Positions 1 through 8,270 of a DNA stretch of 64,000 nucleotides are shown here, in pieces (within the stretch, counting starts at the first letter, position 1; every line of letters begins with the position of its first letter). Under the pieces are notes generated by a model that searched no databases, was not told where the DNA came from, and saw nothing but the letters and a program-made list of their open reading frames with translations. The position numbers and the translations under genes were made by a program. Source of the stretch: Oscillospiraceae bacterium (GTDB lineage Bacteria; Bacillota; Clostridia; Oscillospirales; Oscillospiraceae); assembly GCA_017622995.1 (NCBI GenBank), contig JAGAQA010000024.1:6272-70271 (forward strand), given 5' to 3'.

Positions 1-342
1 GTGCGCACCATGATGCTCTCCGGCGCCATCTGCGGTCTGGCGGGTCTGCTGCTGGTGGGCGGCACCGATCATACCATCACCACCACCATCGCCGGCGGCC
101 GGGGCTTTACCGCCGTTATGGTTGCCTGGCTTGCCAAGTTCAATCCCTTCGGTATGGTTTTCACAAGCTTCCTGCTGGTGTTCCTCGGTCGGGGCGCGGC
201 GGAAATCTCCACCATCTACGGCCTGAACCACTCCTTCGGCGATATTCTCACAGGCATTATCCTGTTCTTTATCATCGGCAGTGAGTTCTTCATCAGCTAC
301 AGACTGGATTTCCTGAAAAACAATGGAAAGGAGCAGGCATAA
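1..342 (+). CDS. ABC transporter permease, nucleoside/sugar (NupB/RbsC-like) family, 5'-truncated by the window edge
   Basis: Hydrophobic C-terminal part with motifs GLAG and GRGFTAVMVAWLAKFNP, typical of BPD_transp_2 permeases; directly followed by a second permease. Confidence 0.8.
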   Translation: MRTMMLSGAICGLAGLLLVGGTDHTITTTIAGGRGFTAVMVAWLAKFNPFGMVFTSFLLVFLGRGAAEISTIYGLNHSFGDILTGIILFFIIGSEFFISYRLDFLKNNGKEQA

Positions 343-1326
343 ATGTTCGATCTTGTTGCGTTCTTCCCCCGTGCGGTGATGCAGAGTATCCCCCTGCTCT
401 TCGGCTCCACCGGCGAGACCCTGACGGAAAAATCCGGCAACCTGAATCTGGGTATTCCGGGCATCATGTATGTAGGCGGCATCTGCGGCGTCATCGGAGC
501 GTTCTTCTATGAGCAGGCGGGGGCGTCCAACGGCTTTCTGGCGGTGCTCATTCCTCTGGTTTGCTGCCTGGTTGGCAGCCTTCTCATGGGCCTTCTGTAC
601 TGCTTCCTGACCGTTACTCTGCGGGCAAACCAGAATGTGACCGGCCTGGCCATGACCACCTTCGGCGTGGGCTTCGGCAACTTCTTTGGCGGCTCGCTCA
701 TCAAGCTTACCGGCGCGGAGGTTCCCTCTATCGCGCTGACGGCCACCTCCGGCTACTTCCGGAAGACCCTGCCCTTTGCGGAGTCCACCGGCGTATTCGG
801 CAAGCTCTTTCTGTCCTACGGCTTCCTGGCCTATGCCGCCATTGCCATCGCGCTGATTTCCTCCTATGTGCTGAAGAAGACCCGGGTTGGCCTACAGCTC
901 CGGGCGGTGGGGGAGAGCCCTGCTACCGCCGACGCGGCAGGCATCAACATCACCCGCTATAAGTATGTGGCAACCTGTATCGGTTCCATGATTGCGGGCC
1001 TGGGCGGCCTGTACTACGTTATGGACTACGCTTGCGGCGTCTGGTCCAACAATGGCTTCGGCGACCGGGGCTGGCTGGCAATCGCATTGGTGATCTTTAC
1101 CATCTGGCGGCCCAATGTGGGCATCCTCAGCTCCATGCTTTTTGGCGGCCTGTATATTCTGTATCTGTTCATCCCCACCGGCACCTTCCTGGCGGTGAAG
1201 GAGCTGTACAAGATGCTGCCCTACCTGGTTACCATCCTGGTACTGGTGCTGACCTCCATGCGCAACAAGCGGGAGAATCAGCCCCCCGAAAGCTTGGGTG
1301 TGCCCTACTTCCGGGAGGAACGATAA
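343..1326 (+). CDS. ABC transporter permease, nucleoside (NupC-like) family
   Basis: GETLTEKSGNLNLGIPGIM, GLQLRAVGESPATADAAGINI, GRGWLAIALVIF, KMLPYLVTI and PESLGVPY motifs. Confidence 0.88.
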   Translation: MFDLVAFFPRAVMQSIPLLFGSTGETLTEKSGNLNLGIPGIMYVGGICGVIGAFFYEQAGASNGFLAVLIPLVCCLVGSLLMGLLYCFLTVTLRANQNVTGLAMTTFGVGFGNFFGGSLIKLTGAEVPSIALTATSGYFRKTLPFAESTGVFGKLFLSYGFLAYAAIAIALISSYVLKKTRVGLQLRAVGESPATADAAGINITRYKYVATCIGSMIAGLGGLYYVMDYACGVWSNNGFGDRGWLAIALVIFTIWRPNVGILSSMLFGGLYILYLFIPTGTFLAVKELYKMLPYLVTILVLVLTSMRNKRENQPPESLGVPYFREER

Positions 1327-1338
1327 ATTTTACATCCC

Positions 1339-1366
1339 CAGAGCCGCCTGGTCCCAGGCGGCTCTG
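1339..1366 (+). terminator. Hairpin after the permease operon
   Basis: cagagccgcctgg-tc-ccaggcggctctg, 13 nt after the stop codon. Confidence 0.7.
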
Positions 1367-1395
1367 ATCCGTTGGCGGAGAAAGGGAACTTTATC

Positions 1396-1719
1396 TCAGT
1401 TGACAGTTGACAGTTGACAGTTGAGGAATCCCCTCCGGGGATGAATAAAATAGCCTTTTAAACCAGAAGTTTTCGAAGATTTTCCAGAATTTCTGTAGCC
1501 ATTCAGTCGCCTGTGTCATTGCGAACCAGTCCGCAGGCTGGTGTGGTGACCGAAGGGAATGCTCTTGAGTGCAATCCCCCGGTTTCTTCGGCCATATCCC
1601 AAACTTTTTACGACAAAAAACCGTGGCTACTGAATAGATACGAATTTCTAATATAATTATTTCAATCATCCCGAAGGGATACCATAATTGTCAATTGTTC
1701 ATTGTCAATTGTCAATTGA
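1396..1719. mobile_element. Non-autonomous MITE-like repeat with heptamer-repeat ends, copy 1 (contains a nested REP-like insert)
   Basis: Left end (tcagttga/cagttga)n-ggaatcccctccggggatga and right end atcatcccgaagggatacc-aattgtcaattgttcattgtcaattgtcaattga are imperfect inverted repeats; a second copy lies at 38801-38992. Confidence 0.7.
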
Positions 1720-1739
1720 GCTAACTCCTTCTTTTCCGA

Positions 1740-1768
1740 TTGAAAAACCGAAAAAACGATGCTATCAT
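1740..1768 (+). promoter_or_regulatory. Sigma-A promoter of the peptidase gene
   Basis: TTGAAA-17bp-TATCAT. Confidence 0.55.
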
Positions 1769-1800
1769 ATATCCATCCAACACAAAAGAAGGAATTTGCC

Positions 1801-2883
1801 ATGAATCAAACCAAACTTCAGAATGTCCTTTCCGCAATGGAGAAGCAGGGCGTTTCCCAGCTGATTGTTTCCGACCCGGCGGTGATTTTTTATCTCACCG
1901 GCGCACGGATCGAGCCCGGTGAGCGGATGCTGGCGCTGCTCCTGCGGACCGATGGCGCCCACCGCTTCTTCATCAACGACCTGTTCCACCAGACCCGGGA
2001 GCTGGGTGCGCCCATTACCTATTATAACGATACCCAGGACGGAGTCGCCATCCTGGCATCCTGCCTGACGGCGGGAAAGACCGCTGCCATCGATAAGAAC
2101 TGGCCTGCCCGGTTCCTGCTGCGGCTCCAGGAGCTGTTTGACGGCAGGTGCGTCAATTCTTCTCCCATCATTGACGGGGTCCGGGCCATCAAAACCCCGG
2201 AAGAGCAGGAAAAAATGCGGGTTTCCTCCCGGATCAATGACGGGGTTATGGAGCGCCTCATTGCCTGCCTGGGGGAGAACCATACCGAAAAGGAACTGGG
2301 GGAGATCCTCCTGAAGCTCTATCTGGACGCGGGCTGCACCGGCTTCTCCTTTGAGCCCATCACCGCCTTTGCGGGCAACGCGGCAGACCCCCACCATGTG
2401 CCGGACAACAGCCGGGGCAAGCGGGGAGACTGTGTGGTGCTGGACATCGGCGGCGTAAAGGATGACTACTGCTCCGATATGACCCGAACGGTGTTCCTGG
2501 GAGAGGCATCCCCCCGGGCAAGAGAGATCTACGAAGTGGTGCTGGAGGCCAACCGCCGGGGCATTGCCGCCGCAAAGCCCGGAAACCGGATGCGGGATGT
2601 GGACGACGCGGCCCGGAACTACATCACCGAAAAAGGCTTTGGCCCCTACTTTACCCACCGCACCGGCCACTCCATCGGGTTGGAGGTTCACGAAGCGGGG
2701 GATGTGTCCGCCGTCAATGAGGCGGTGATCCGCCCCGGGCAGTGCTTCTCCGTGGAGCCGGGCATCTACATTCCGGAGGAAAACATCGGTGTTCGGATTG
2801 AGGACCTGGTGCTGATCACGGAGTCGGGCTGTGAGGTGCTGAACCATTTTCCCAAGGAATTGACAGTGGTCCCCTTTGACTGA
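1801..2883 (+). CDS. Xaa-Pro aminopeptidase/dipeptidase (M24 family)
   Basis: N-terminal creatinase-like domain; metal motifs DIGG..YCSDMTRT, HRTGHSIGLEVHE, FSVEPGIY, GVRIED; ATG at 1801 follows an aaggaa RBS. Confidence 0.92.
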   Translation: MNQTKLQNVLSAMEKQGVSQLIVSDPAVIFYLTGARIEPGERMLALLLRTDGAHRFFINDLFHQTRELGAPITYYNDTQDGVAILASCLTAGKTAAIDKNWPARFLLRLQELFDGRCVNSSPIIDGVRAIKTPEEQEKMRVSSRINDGVMERLIACLGENHTEKELGEILLKLYLDAGCTGFSFEPITAFAGNAADPHHVPDNSRGKRGDCVVLDIGGVKDDYCSDMTRTVFLGEASPRAREIYEVVLEANRRGIAAAKPGNRMRDVDDAARNYITEKGFGPYFTHRTGHSIGLEVHEAGDVSAVNEAVIRPGQCFSVEPGIYIPEENIGVRIEDLVLITESGCEVLNHFPKELTVVPFD

Positions 2884-2902
2884 TTTTCCATCCTGAATTT
2901 AC

Positions 2903-2937
2903 GCCGCTTCCGAAAAGCACCGCTTTTCGGAAGCGGC
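2903..2937 (+). terminator. Hairpin terminator
   Basis: gccgcttccgaaaagc-acc-gcttttcggaagcggc. Confidence 0.75.
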
Positions 2938-2980
2938 AATTCCGTTTTGCATCGGACACAAAATAACGCACATAATTATG

Positions 2981-3009
2981 TTGACCACCCGGCGAAGCTT
3001 GTGTATAAT
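2981..3009 (+). promoter_or_regulatory. Sigma-A promoter of the 3060-5827 operon
   Basis: TTGACC-17bp-TATAAT. Confidence 0.65.
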
Positions 3010-3059
3010 AAATGGAAACGTTATGTTAATTCCGTGGCAGAGAGGAGGCCCGGCCAAAG

Positions 3060-3707
3060 ATGAAAAGCAACAGATTCTTCAGCGTGCTGAGCCTTCTGCT
3101 GGCAGTCCCGGCTGCCGCGGCGGCGCTGTACATGGGCATGACCGCCGACTCCCGGCCGGCAAAGCTCCTGTGGTCAGAGCCCGGTGCCCGGGCGGCGGCA
3201 TCGGCCTTGGTGGAAACCCTCAGTACCGGAGATTTCCAAAAGGGCTGCGATTTTCTCTATGGCACCACTCAGCTGATTCTGCCGGAGGGGGAAGGCCAGG
3301 ACGCGTCGGCGCTGCTGTGGAACCATTATTGTGAAAATCTCACCGGAGGACTGGTGGGGGAACCCTATCTCAGTCCCCGGGGCTACTGTCAGGATGCGGT
3401 GTTTTATGTGCCGGACCTGGATGCGCTTACCCGGCGGATGAAGGAACTGGCCCCGGAACTGGTAACCCGGCGCATTGTGGAGGCCCGGGAGCTTTCGGAT
3501 GTGTACGACGCGGATTATTCCTTCCGCCAGGACCTGATTTCGGAGGTGCTGGTGGAGGCGGCCCGAAGCGCCATTGCCCAGGAGCCGGAACGGAAAGTGT
3601 GTCAGGTGCAGCTGCGGCTTGTTTATGAGAAGGACCGGTGGCTGATTCAGCCGGATCAGGCGCTGCTGGATATTCTGGCAGGAAAGATGGAGAATCAGGG
3701 AGCATGA
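3060..3707 (+). CDS. Hypothetical exported or membrane-anchored protein
   Basis: N-terminal hydrophobic segment; C-terminal VQLRLVYEKDRWLI resembles NTF2/DUF4878-like folds; ATGA overlap with the next gene. Confidence 0.7.
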   Translation: MKSNRFFSVLSLLLAVPAAAAALYMGMTADSRPAKLLWSEPGARAAASALVETLSTGDFQKGCDFLYGTTQLILPEGEGQDASALLWNHYCENLTGGLVGEPYLSPRGYCQDAVFYVPDLDALTRRMKELAPELVTRRIVEARELSDVYDADYSFRQDLISEVLVEAARSAIAQEPERKVCQVQLRLVYEKDRWLIQPDQALLDILAGKMENQGA

Positions 3708-4819
3708 AGGGAATCAAGGTGTTTTTTGGCACGCTGCTCTGCTTGGCGGCGCTGGCCCTGACTGCGGGGCTTTTGGCAATCCTGCTGCTTTTTCCCAGCG
3801 GGAAGACCCTGCCCCGGGGGGAACGGGCCTATGACCTGGCCTCCCAGTACGATAAAAACATGCAGAACAGGCTCCTGGATGCCATTTCGGGTATTACGGC
3901 GGTAAAGAAGACCTATTGGATCCCGGAGGATGCCCCCGCGGCGCCTGTGCCCGACGGGGACTGCTTTGGCCGGACGGAGGATCCTTCCATGCTGCAATGG
4001 ATCCTGGAAAAAGCCCAGGATGTGCTGGAGGGCCAGACCCTGTTTTTCTCCCCGGATGTGGAGCTGCTGCCCGGCAGCCAGGTAAACTATTATCTGGATG
4101 AAACCATCCTGGCCCTGACCTGGAAGCAGGAGATTGACAATATGGCCATCACCTTTGCGGAAGTGAAGGTGATGGACCCCAGCCAGTTCCGGCGCTACCT
4201 TTCGGGAAACGAGTTTGCCTCCGGAAAGCTGATGCTGACCACGGAAATGTCCCAGGCGGTGAACGCGGTGGTGGCCTGCAGCGGCGACTACTATGGCTAC
4301 CGGCCGGATGGCTCCGTGGTCATCGGGGGGAAGGTCATGCGCAACAGCCTGGCGCTGCCGGATACCTGCTATATTGATGAAAACGGCGACATGATCCTGC
4401 GCCGCCGGGAATTTTTCCAGAGCCAGGAAGAGGCCCAGGCCTTTGTGGACCAGCACCATATCCGATTCTCTCTGGCCTTTGGACCGATCCTGGTCCGGGA
4501 TGGGGAGGTCTGCCCCCTTTACAGCTATTCCATCGGAGAGGTGAACCAGAACTATGCCCGGGCGGGTTTGGGGCAGCTGGACAGATGCCACTATCTCTAC
4601 GTTGCCTGCAATCAGGAGGGCAATACCCAAACCACCGACATCGGCCGCTTTGCCCAGCTGATGAAGGACTGCGGCTGTGTACAGGCCTATAACCTGGACG
4701 GAGGCCAGACGGCCACCGTGGTGATGAAGGACCAGGTCATCAATCGGGTGAACTATGGTTCCCAGCGCCGAATCAGCGACATCATTTATTTTGCCACGGC
4801 AAAGCCGGGAAAGGAGTAG
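3704..4819 (+). CDS. Phosphodiester glycosidase (NAGPA) family protein, membrane-anchored
   Basis: N-terminal TM; AVVACSGDYY, LAFGPILVRDG, ARAGLGQ and AYNLDGGQT motifs. Confidence 0.8.
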   Translation: MKGIKVFFGTLLCLAALALTAGLLAILLLFPSGKTLPRGERAYDLASQYDKNMQNRLLDAISGITAVKKTYWIPEDAPAAPVPDGDCFGRTEDPSMLQWILEKAQDVLEGQTLFFSPDVELLPGSQVNYYLDETILALTWKQEIDNMAITFAEVKVMDPSQFRRYLSGNEFASGKLMLTTEMSQAVNAVVACSGDYYGYRPDGSVVIGGKVMRNSLALPDTCYIDENGDMILRRREFFQSQEEAQAFVDQHHIRFSLAFGPILVRDGEVCPLYSYSIGEVNQNYARAGLGQLDRCHYLYVACNQEGNTQTTDIGRFAQLMKDCGCVQAYNLDGGQTATVVMKDQVINRVNYGSQRRISDIIYFATAKPGKE

Positions 4820-4822
4820 TCT

Positions 4823-5827
4823 ATGGATGCCATCGCGTTTCTGGTGGGACCCTACAGCATCTATTGGAGTACGGTGATCCAGGCCATGGCCGCCCTCACC
4901 GGGGTGCTGCTGTTCTGGTTTTTCTATCTGTGGGATGAACGGGACTGCGTGGGGGCGTTCTGCGTGGTGCCCCTGGCAATTGCGGGGGCTGTGGTGCTGG
5001 GCAGACTGGTTCACTGGTATTTCCGCCAGGACAGCTACCTGAGTTTGGTTTCCGCCCTGACGGATTACAGCTACGGCGGCTTCGCCCTCATGGGCTGCTT
5101 TGCCGGTGTCTTCCTGGCGGCGGCTATGCTGGCGCTGCTGCGCCGGGGACGGCACTTCGGCGCCATGCTGGATGCTCTGTCCGTTGCCGGGGCGGGGGCT
5201 GTGGGCATCGGCAGGCTTTCCGGCTTCTGCAATACAGCAGACCGGGGGCAGATTCTTTTGAACCCCTCCTTTTGGGGAACCCAGCTTGTCAATCCCGGCA
5301 CCGGTGCCTCAGAATACCGGCTGGCCACCTTCCTTTTGCAGGCAGCGGCGGCGGGGGTTATTTTTCTGGTGCTCACCTTTCTGTTCTTCTGGAGAAGGGG
5401 CGGCCACCGCAGAAAGCCCGGGGACATCTTCTGGCTGTTCTGCCTGTATTATGGGGCCAGTCAGGCGGTTTTGGATTCCACCCGATACGACAGCCTCTAT
5501 TTCCGAAGCAACGGCTTTGTCAGTGTGGTGCAGATTGCCTGCATCGGGGCCATTGTCCTTTCCCTTTCCGTGTTTTTTATCCGTTACCGGAGGGCCAATG
5601 GCTGGCTGCCGGGGGGAATGGCGGTGCTGTTTTCCTCTGCTGTTTTGCTGGCAGGGGGCGGCTGGATGGAGTATTATGTCCAGCGCCACGGCAATCAGGC
5701 GGTGTTTGCCTACTCGGTGATGTCCTCCTGTATGCTGGGAATCGCGGTGCTGGGTACCATCCTGTGGTACATTGCCCGGATGCGGGAGATTCCCCGGAGC
5801 CTGCCAACCATTTATCCCACCCTTTGA
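4823..5827 (+). CDS. Divergent prolipoprotein diacylglyceryl transferase (Lgt)-like membrane protein
   Basis: N-terminal IYWS, GRLVHW, GRLSGFCN..RG and YGASQAVLDSTR segments align with Lgt motifs, but several catalytic residues differ. Confidence 0.65.
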   Translation: MDAIAFLVGPYSIYWSTVIQAMAALTGVLLFWFFYLWDERDCVGAFCVVPLAIAGAVVLGRLVHWYFRQDSYLSLVSALTDYSYGGFALMGCFAGVFLAAAMLALLRRGRHFGAMLDALSVAGAGAVGIGRLSGFCNTADRGQILLNPSFWGTQLVNPGTGASEYRLATFLLQAAAAGVIFLVLTFLFFWRRGGHRRKPGDIFWLFCLYYGASQAVLDSTRYDSLYFRSNGFVSVVQIACIGAIVLSLSVFFIRYRRANGWLPGGMAVLFSSAVLLAGGGWMEYYVQRHGNQAVFAYSVMSSCMLGIAVLGTILWYIARMREIPRSLPTIYPTL

Positions 5828-5830
5828 TGC

Positions 5831-5856
5831 TTCAGCCGCCTTTTCAGGCGGCTGAA
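5831..5856 (+). terminator. Hairpin terminator
   Basis: ttcagccgcct-tttc-aggcggctgaa directly after the stop. Confidence 0.75.
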
Positions 5857-6011
5857 TTTGTTCAAACCCCTTGTAACTGGGGATTTTCTGTGATAGAATA
5901 AATCGATTTTATTCTGTATATTCGCATTTGGAGGAGAGTATGTTGCCTTTTGGTCCACATTAGCCCTCTGCTGTAGGAAAAATGCCAAACAACTTTGTGG
6001 AGGACTATGTT

Positions 6012-7604
6012 ATGTCTACTTTAGAACAAGAAATCAGCCGGCGCAGAACCTTTGCCATCATTTCCCACCCCGACGCCGGTAAAACCACCCTGACGGAAAA
6101 GTTCCTGCTCTACGGCGGCGCCATTGCCCAGGCAGGCGTGGTCAAGGGCAAGAAAAACTCCCGGGCTGCCACTTCCGACTGGATGGAAATTGAAAAGCAG
6201 CGTGGTATTTCCGTTACCTCATCCGTGATGCAGTTCCAGTACGAGGGCTTCTGCATCAACATTCTGGATACGCCGGGTCACCAGGATTTCTCGGAGGATA
6301 CCTACCGCACCCTGATGGCCGCGGATTCCGCCGTCATGGTCATCGACGGCGCCAAGGGCGTGGAACCCCAGACCCGGAAGCTGTTCAAGGTCTGTGCCAT
6401 GCGGCATATTCCCATTTTCACCTTTGTCAACAAAATGGACCGGGAGGCCAAGGACCCCTTCGACCTGCTGGACGAATTGGAGCGGGAGCTGGGCATTGAG
6501 ACCTACGCCATGAACTGGCCCATCGGCTCCGGCAAAGATTTCCAGGGCGTTTACGACCGGGAAAACAGCCAGCTGCTGTTCTTCTCCGGCGTTTCCGGCA
6601 AGAACAAGGCAGGCAAGCAGGCCGTGGACCTCTACGACCCCGAGGTAGCCCGTCTCCTCGACAGTGAGCAGAAGCATCAGCAGCTTATTGATGACATTGA
6701 GCTCTTGTCTGCCGGGCGGGAAATGGACCTGGAGGAGGTCCGCCGGGGACAGCTGAGCCCGGTGTTCTTCGGCTCCGCCCTGACAAACTTCGGCATTGAG
6801 CCCTTCCTGGAATCCTTCCTGAAGCTGACGCCGCCCCCGCTGAGCCGTGTGGCCGACTGCGGCACCATCGATACCTTCAGCCCGGACTTCTCCGCCTTTG
6901 TGTTCAAGATCCAGGCCAACATGAATAAGGCCCACCGGGACCGGCTGGCCTTTATGCGCATCTGCTCCGGCAAATTCACCCGGGATGCGGAATACTACCA
7001 TGTCCAGGGCGGCCGGAAAATGCGGCTTTCCCAGCCCCAGCAGATGATGGCTGCCGAACGGGAGATTGTGGAGGAGGCCTACGCCGGCGACGTGATCGGT
7101 GTCTTTGACCCCGGCATCTTCTCCATCGGCGATACCATCACCGTGCCCGGCAAGAAGTTTACCTTCTCCGGAATCCCCACCTTCGCTCCGGAGCATTTTG
7201 CCCGGGTTTCCGCCAGGGATTCCATGAAGCGCAAGCAGTTTGTCAAGGGCACCGAGCAGATTGCCCAGGAAGGCGCCATTCAGATTTTCAAGGTTCCCAA
7301 TTCCGGCATGGAAGAGGTCATCGTGGGCGTTGTGGGCACCCTGCAGTTTGACGTGTTTGAATACCGCATGAAGAATGAATACGGTGTGGATCTGCGGATG
7401 GAGGGCCTGCCCTACGAGGAAATCCGGCTGATCGACAGCTATCCCGGCGACCTGACGGACCTGAACCTGGGCAGCGATGCCGAACTGCTGGAGGATTACA
7501 GGGGAAGAAATCTGCTGGTATTCTCCAGCTTCTGGGCCATCGATTTCACCTGCCGGAGAAATCCGGGCCTGCAGGTGTCGGAAATCGTGGTATCGGAAGG
7601 GTAA
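6012..7604 (+). CDS. prfC: Peptide chain release factor 3
   Basis: RRRTFAIISHPDAGKTT, DWMEIEKQRGISVTSSV, LDTPGHQDFSEDTYR, NKMDR; GGAGG RBS 8 nt before ATG 6012. Confidence 0.97.
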   Translation: MSTLEQEISRRRTFAIISHPDAGKTTLTEKFLLYGGAIAQAGVVKGKKNSRAATSDWMEIEKQRGISVTSSVMQFQYEGFCINILDTPGHQDFSEDTYRTLMAADSAVMVIDGAKGVEPQTRKLFKVCAMRHIPIFTFVNKMDREAKDPFDLLDELERELGIETYAMNWPIGSGKDFQGVYDRENSQLLFFSGVSGKNKAGKQAVDLYDPEVARLLDSEQKHQQLIDDIELLSAGREMDLEEVRRGQLSPVFFGSALTNFGIEPFLESFLKLTPPPLSRVADCGTIDTFSPDFSAFVFKIQANMNKAHRDRLAFMRICSGKFTRDAEYYHVQGGRKMRLSQPQQMMAAEREIVEEAYAGDVIGVFDPGIFSIGDTITVPGKKFTFSGIPTFAPEHFARVSARDSMKRKQFVKGTEQIAQEGAIQIFKVPNSGMEEVIVGVVGTLQFDVFEYRMKNEYGVDLRMEGLPYEEIRLIDSYPGDLTDLNLGSDAELLEDYRGRNLLVFSSFWAIDFTCRRNPGLQVSEIVVSEG

Positions 7605-8176
7605 TGACTATGGATTTCTGGGGCCATCTGAAAACCGTGGCGCACCACCGGGCGCTGGTGTGCCAGGGCTGCTTCCGGGTAGGGCTGTACCGTCAGGGGC
7701 TGACCCACGACCTGAGCAAATTCTCTCCCACAGAGTTCTGGCAGGGGGTCAAATACTACCAGGGAACCCGCAGCCCCAATGCGGCGGAGCGTGAGGAAAA
7801 GGGCTACAGTCAGGCCTGGATGCACCACAAGGGCCGCAACAAGCACCATTATGAATACTGGACGGATCTGAGCCTGGCCACCCGCCGGTATGAGCCGGTG
7901 GAAATGCCCAGAAAATACCTGGTGGAAATGGTGATGGACCGCCGGGCCGCCTGCATGACCTATGAGGGAAAGCATTACAATCCGGGTTCTGCCCTCCGGT
8001 ATTTTGAAAAGAGCCGGGAGCGGCTGCTGATGCACCCCAATACGGAAAAAGAGCTGGGGTATCTGCTGACCATGCTTCGGGATCAGGGGGAGGAAGAGAC
8101 CTTCCGATACATCCGGGAATCCGTGCTGAAGAACAAACCCTTCCCATGGGAAGAAACAAGCGGAGGCCGCGTCTAG
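7604..8176 (+). CDS. DUF5662-family (HD-like) protein
   Basis: HLKTVAHHR, HDLSKFSPTEF, AWMHHKGRNKHHYEYW and EMVMDRRAAC motifs; coupled to the prfC stop. Confidence 0.75.
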   Translation: MTMDFWGHLKTVAHHRALVCQGCFRVGLYRQGLTHDLSKFSPTEFWQGVKYYQGTRSPNAAEREEKGYSQAWMHHKGRNKHHYEYWTDLSLATRRYEPVEMPRKYLVEMVMDRRAACMTYEGKHYNPGSALRYFEKSRERLLMHPNTEKELGYLLTMLRDQGEEETFRYIRESVLKNKPFPWEETSGGRV

Positions 8177-8270
8177 CGGCCTCCCGTTGCGTTTCCGGTA
8201 CAATCGGCTTTACAAAGAATCCCCCAGCCGTTATAATGAAAGCAAAATGACCCGGGAAGGAATGGGTTCG

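Noticed and set aside
1396-1424. Tandem CAGTTGA heptamers (also 38801-38850) as a CRISPR array
   Set aside because: 7-bp contiguous repeats with no unique spacers and no cas genes; interpreted as MITE ends
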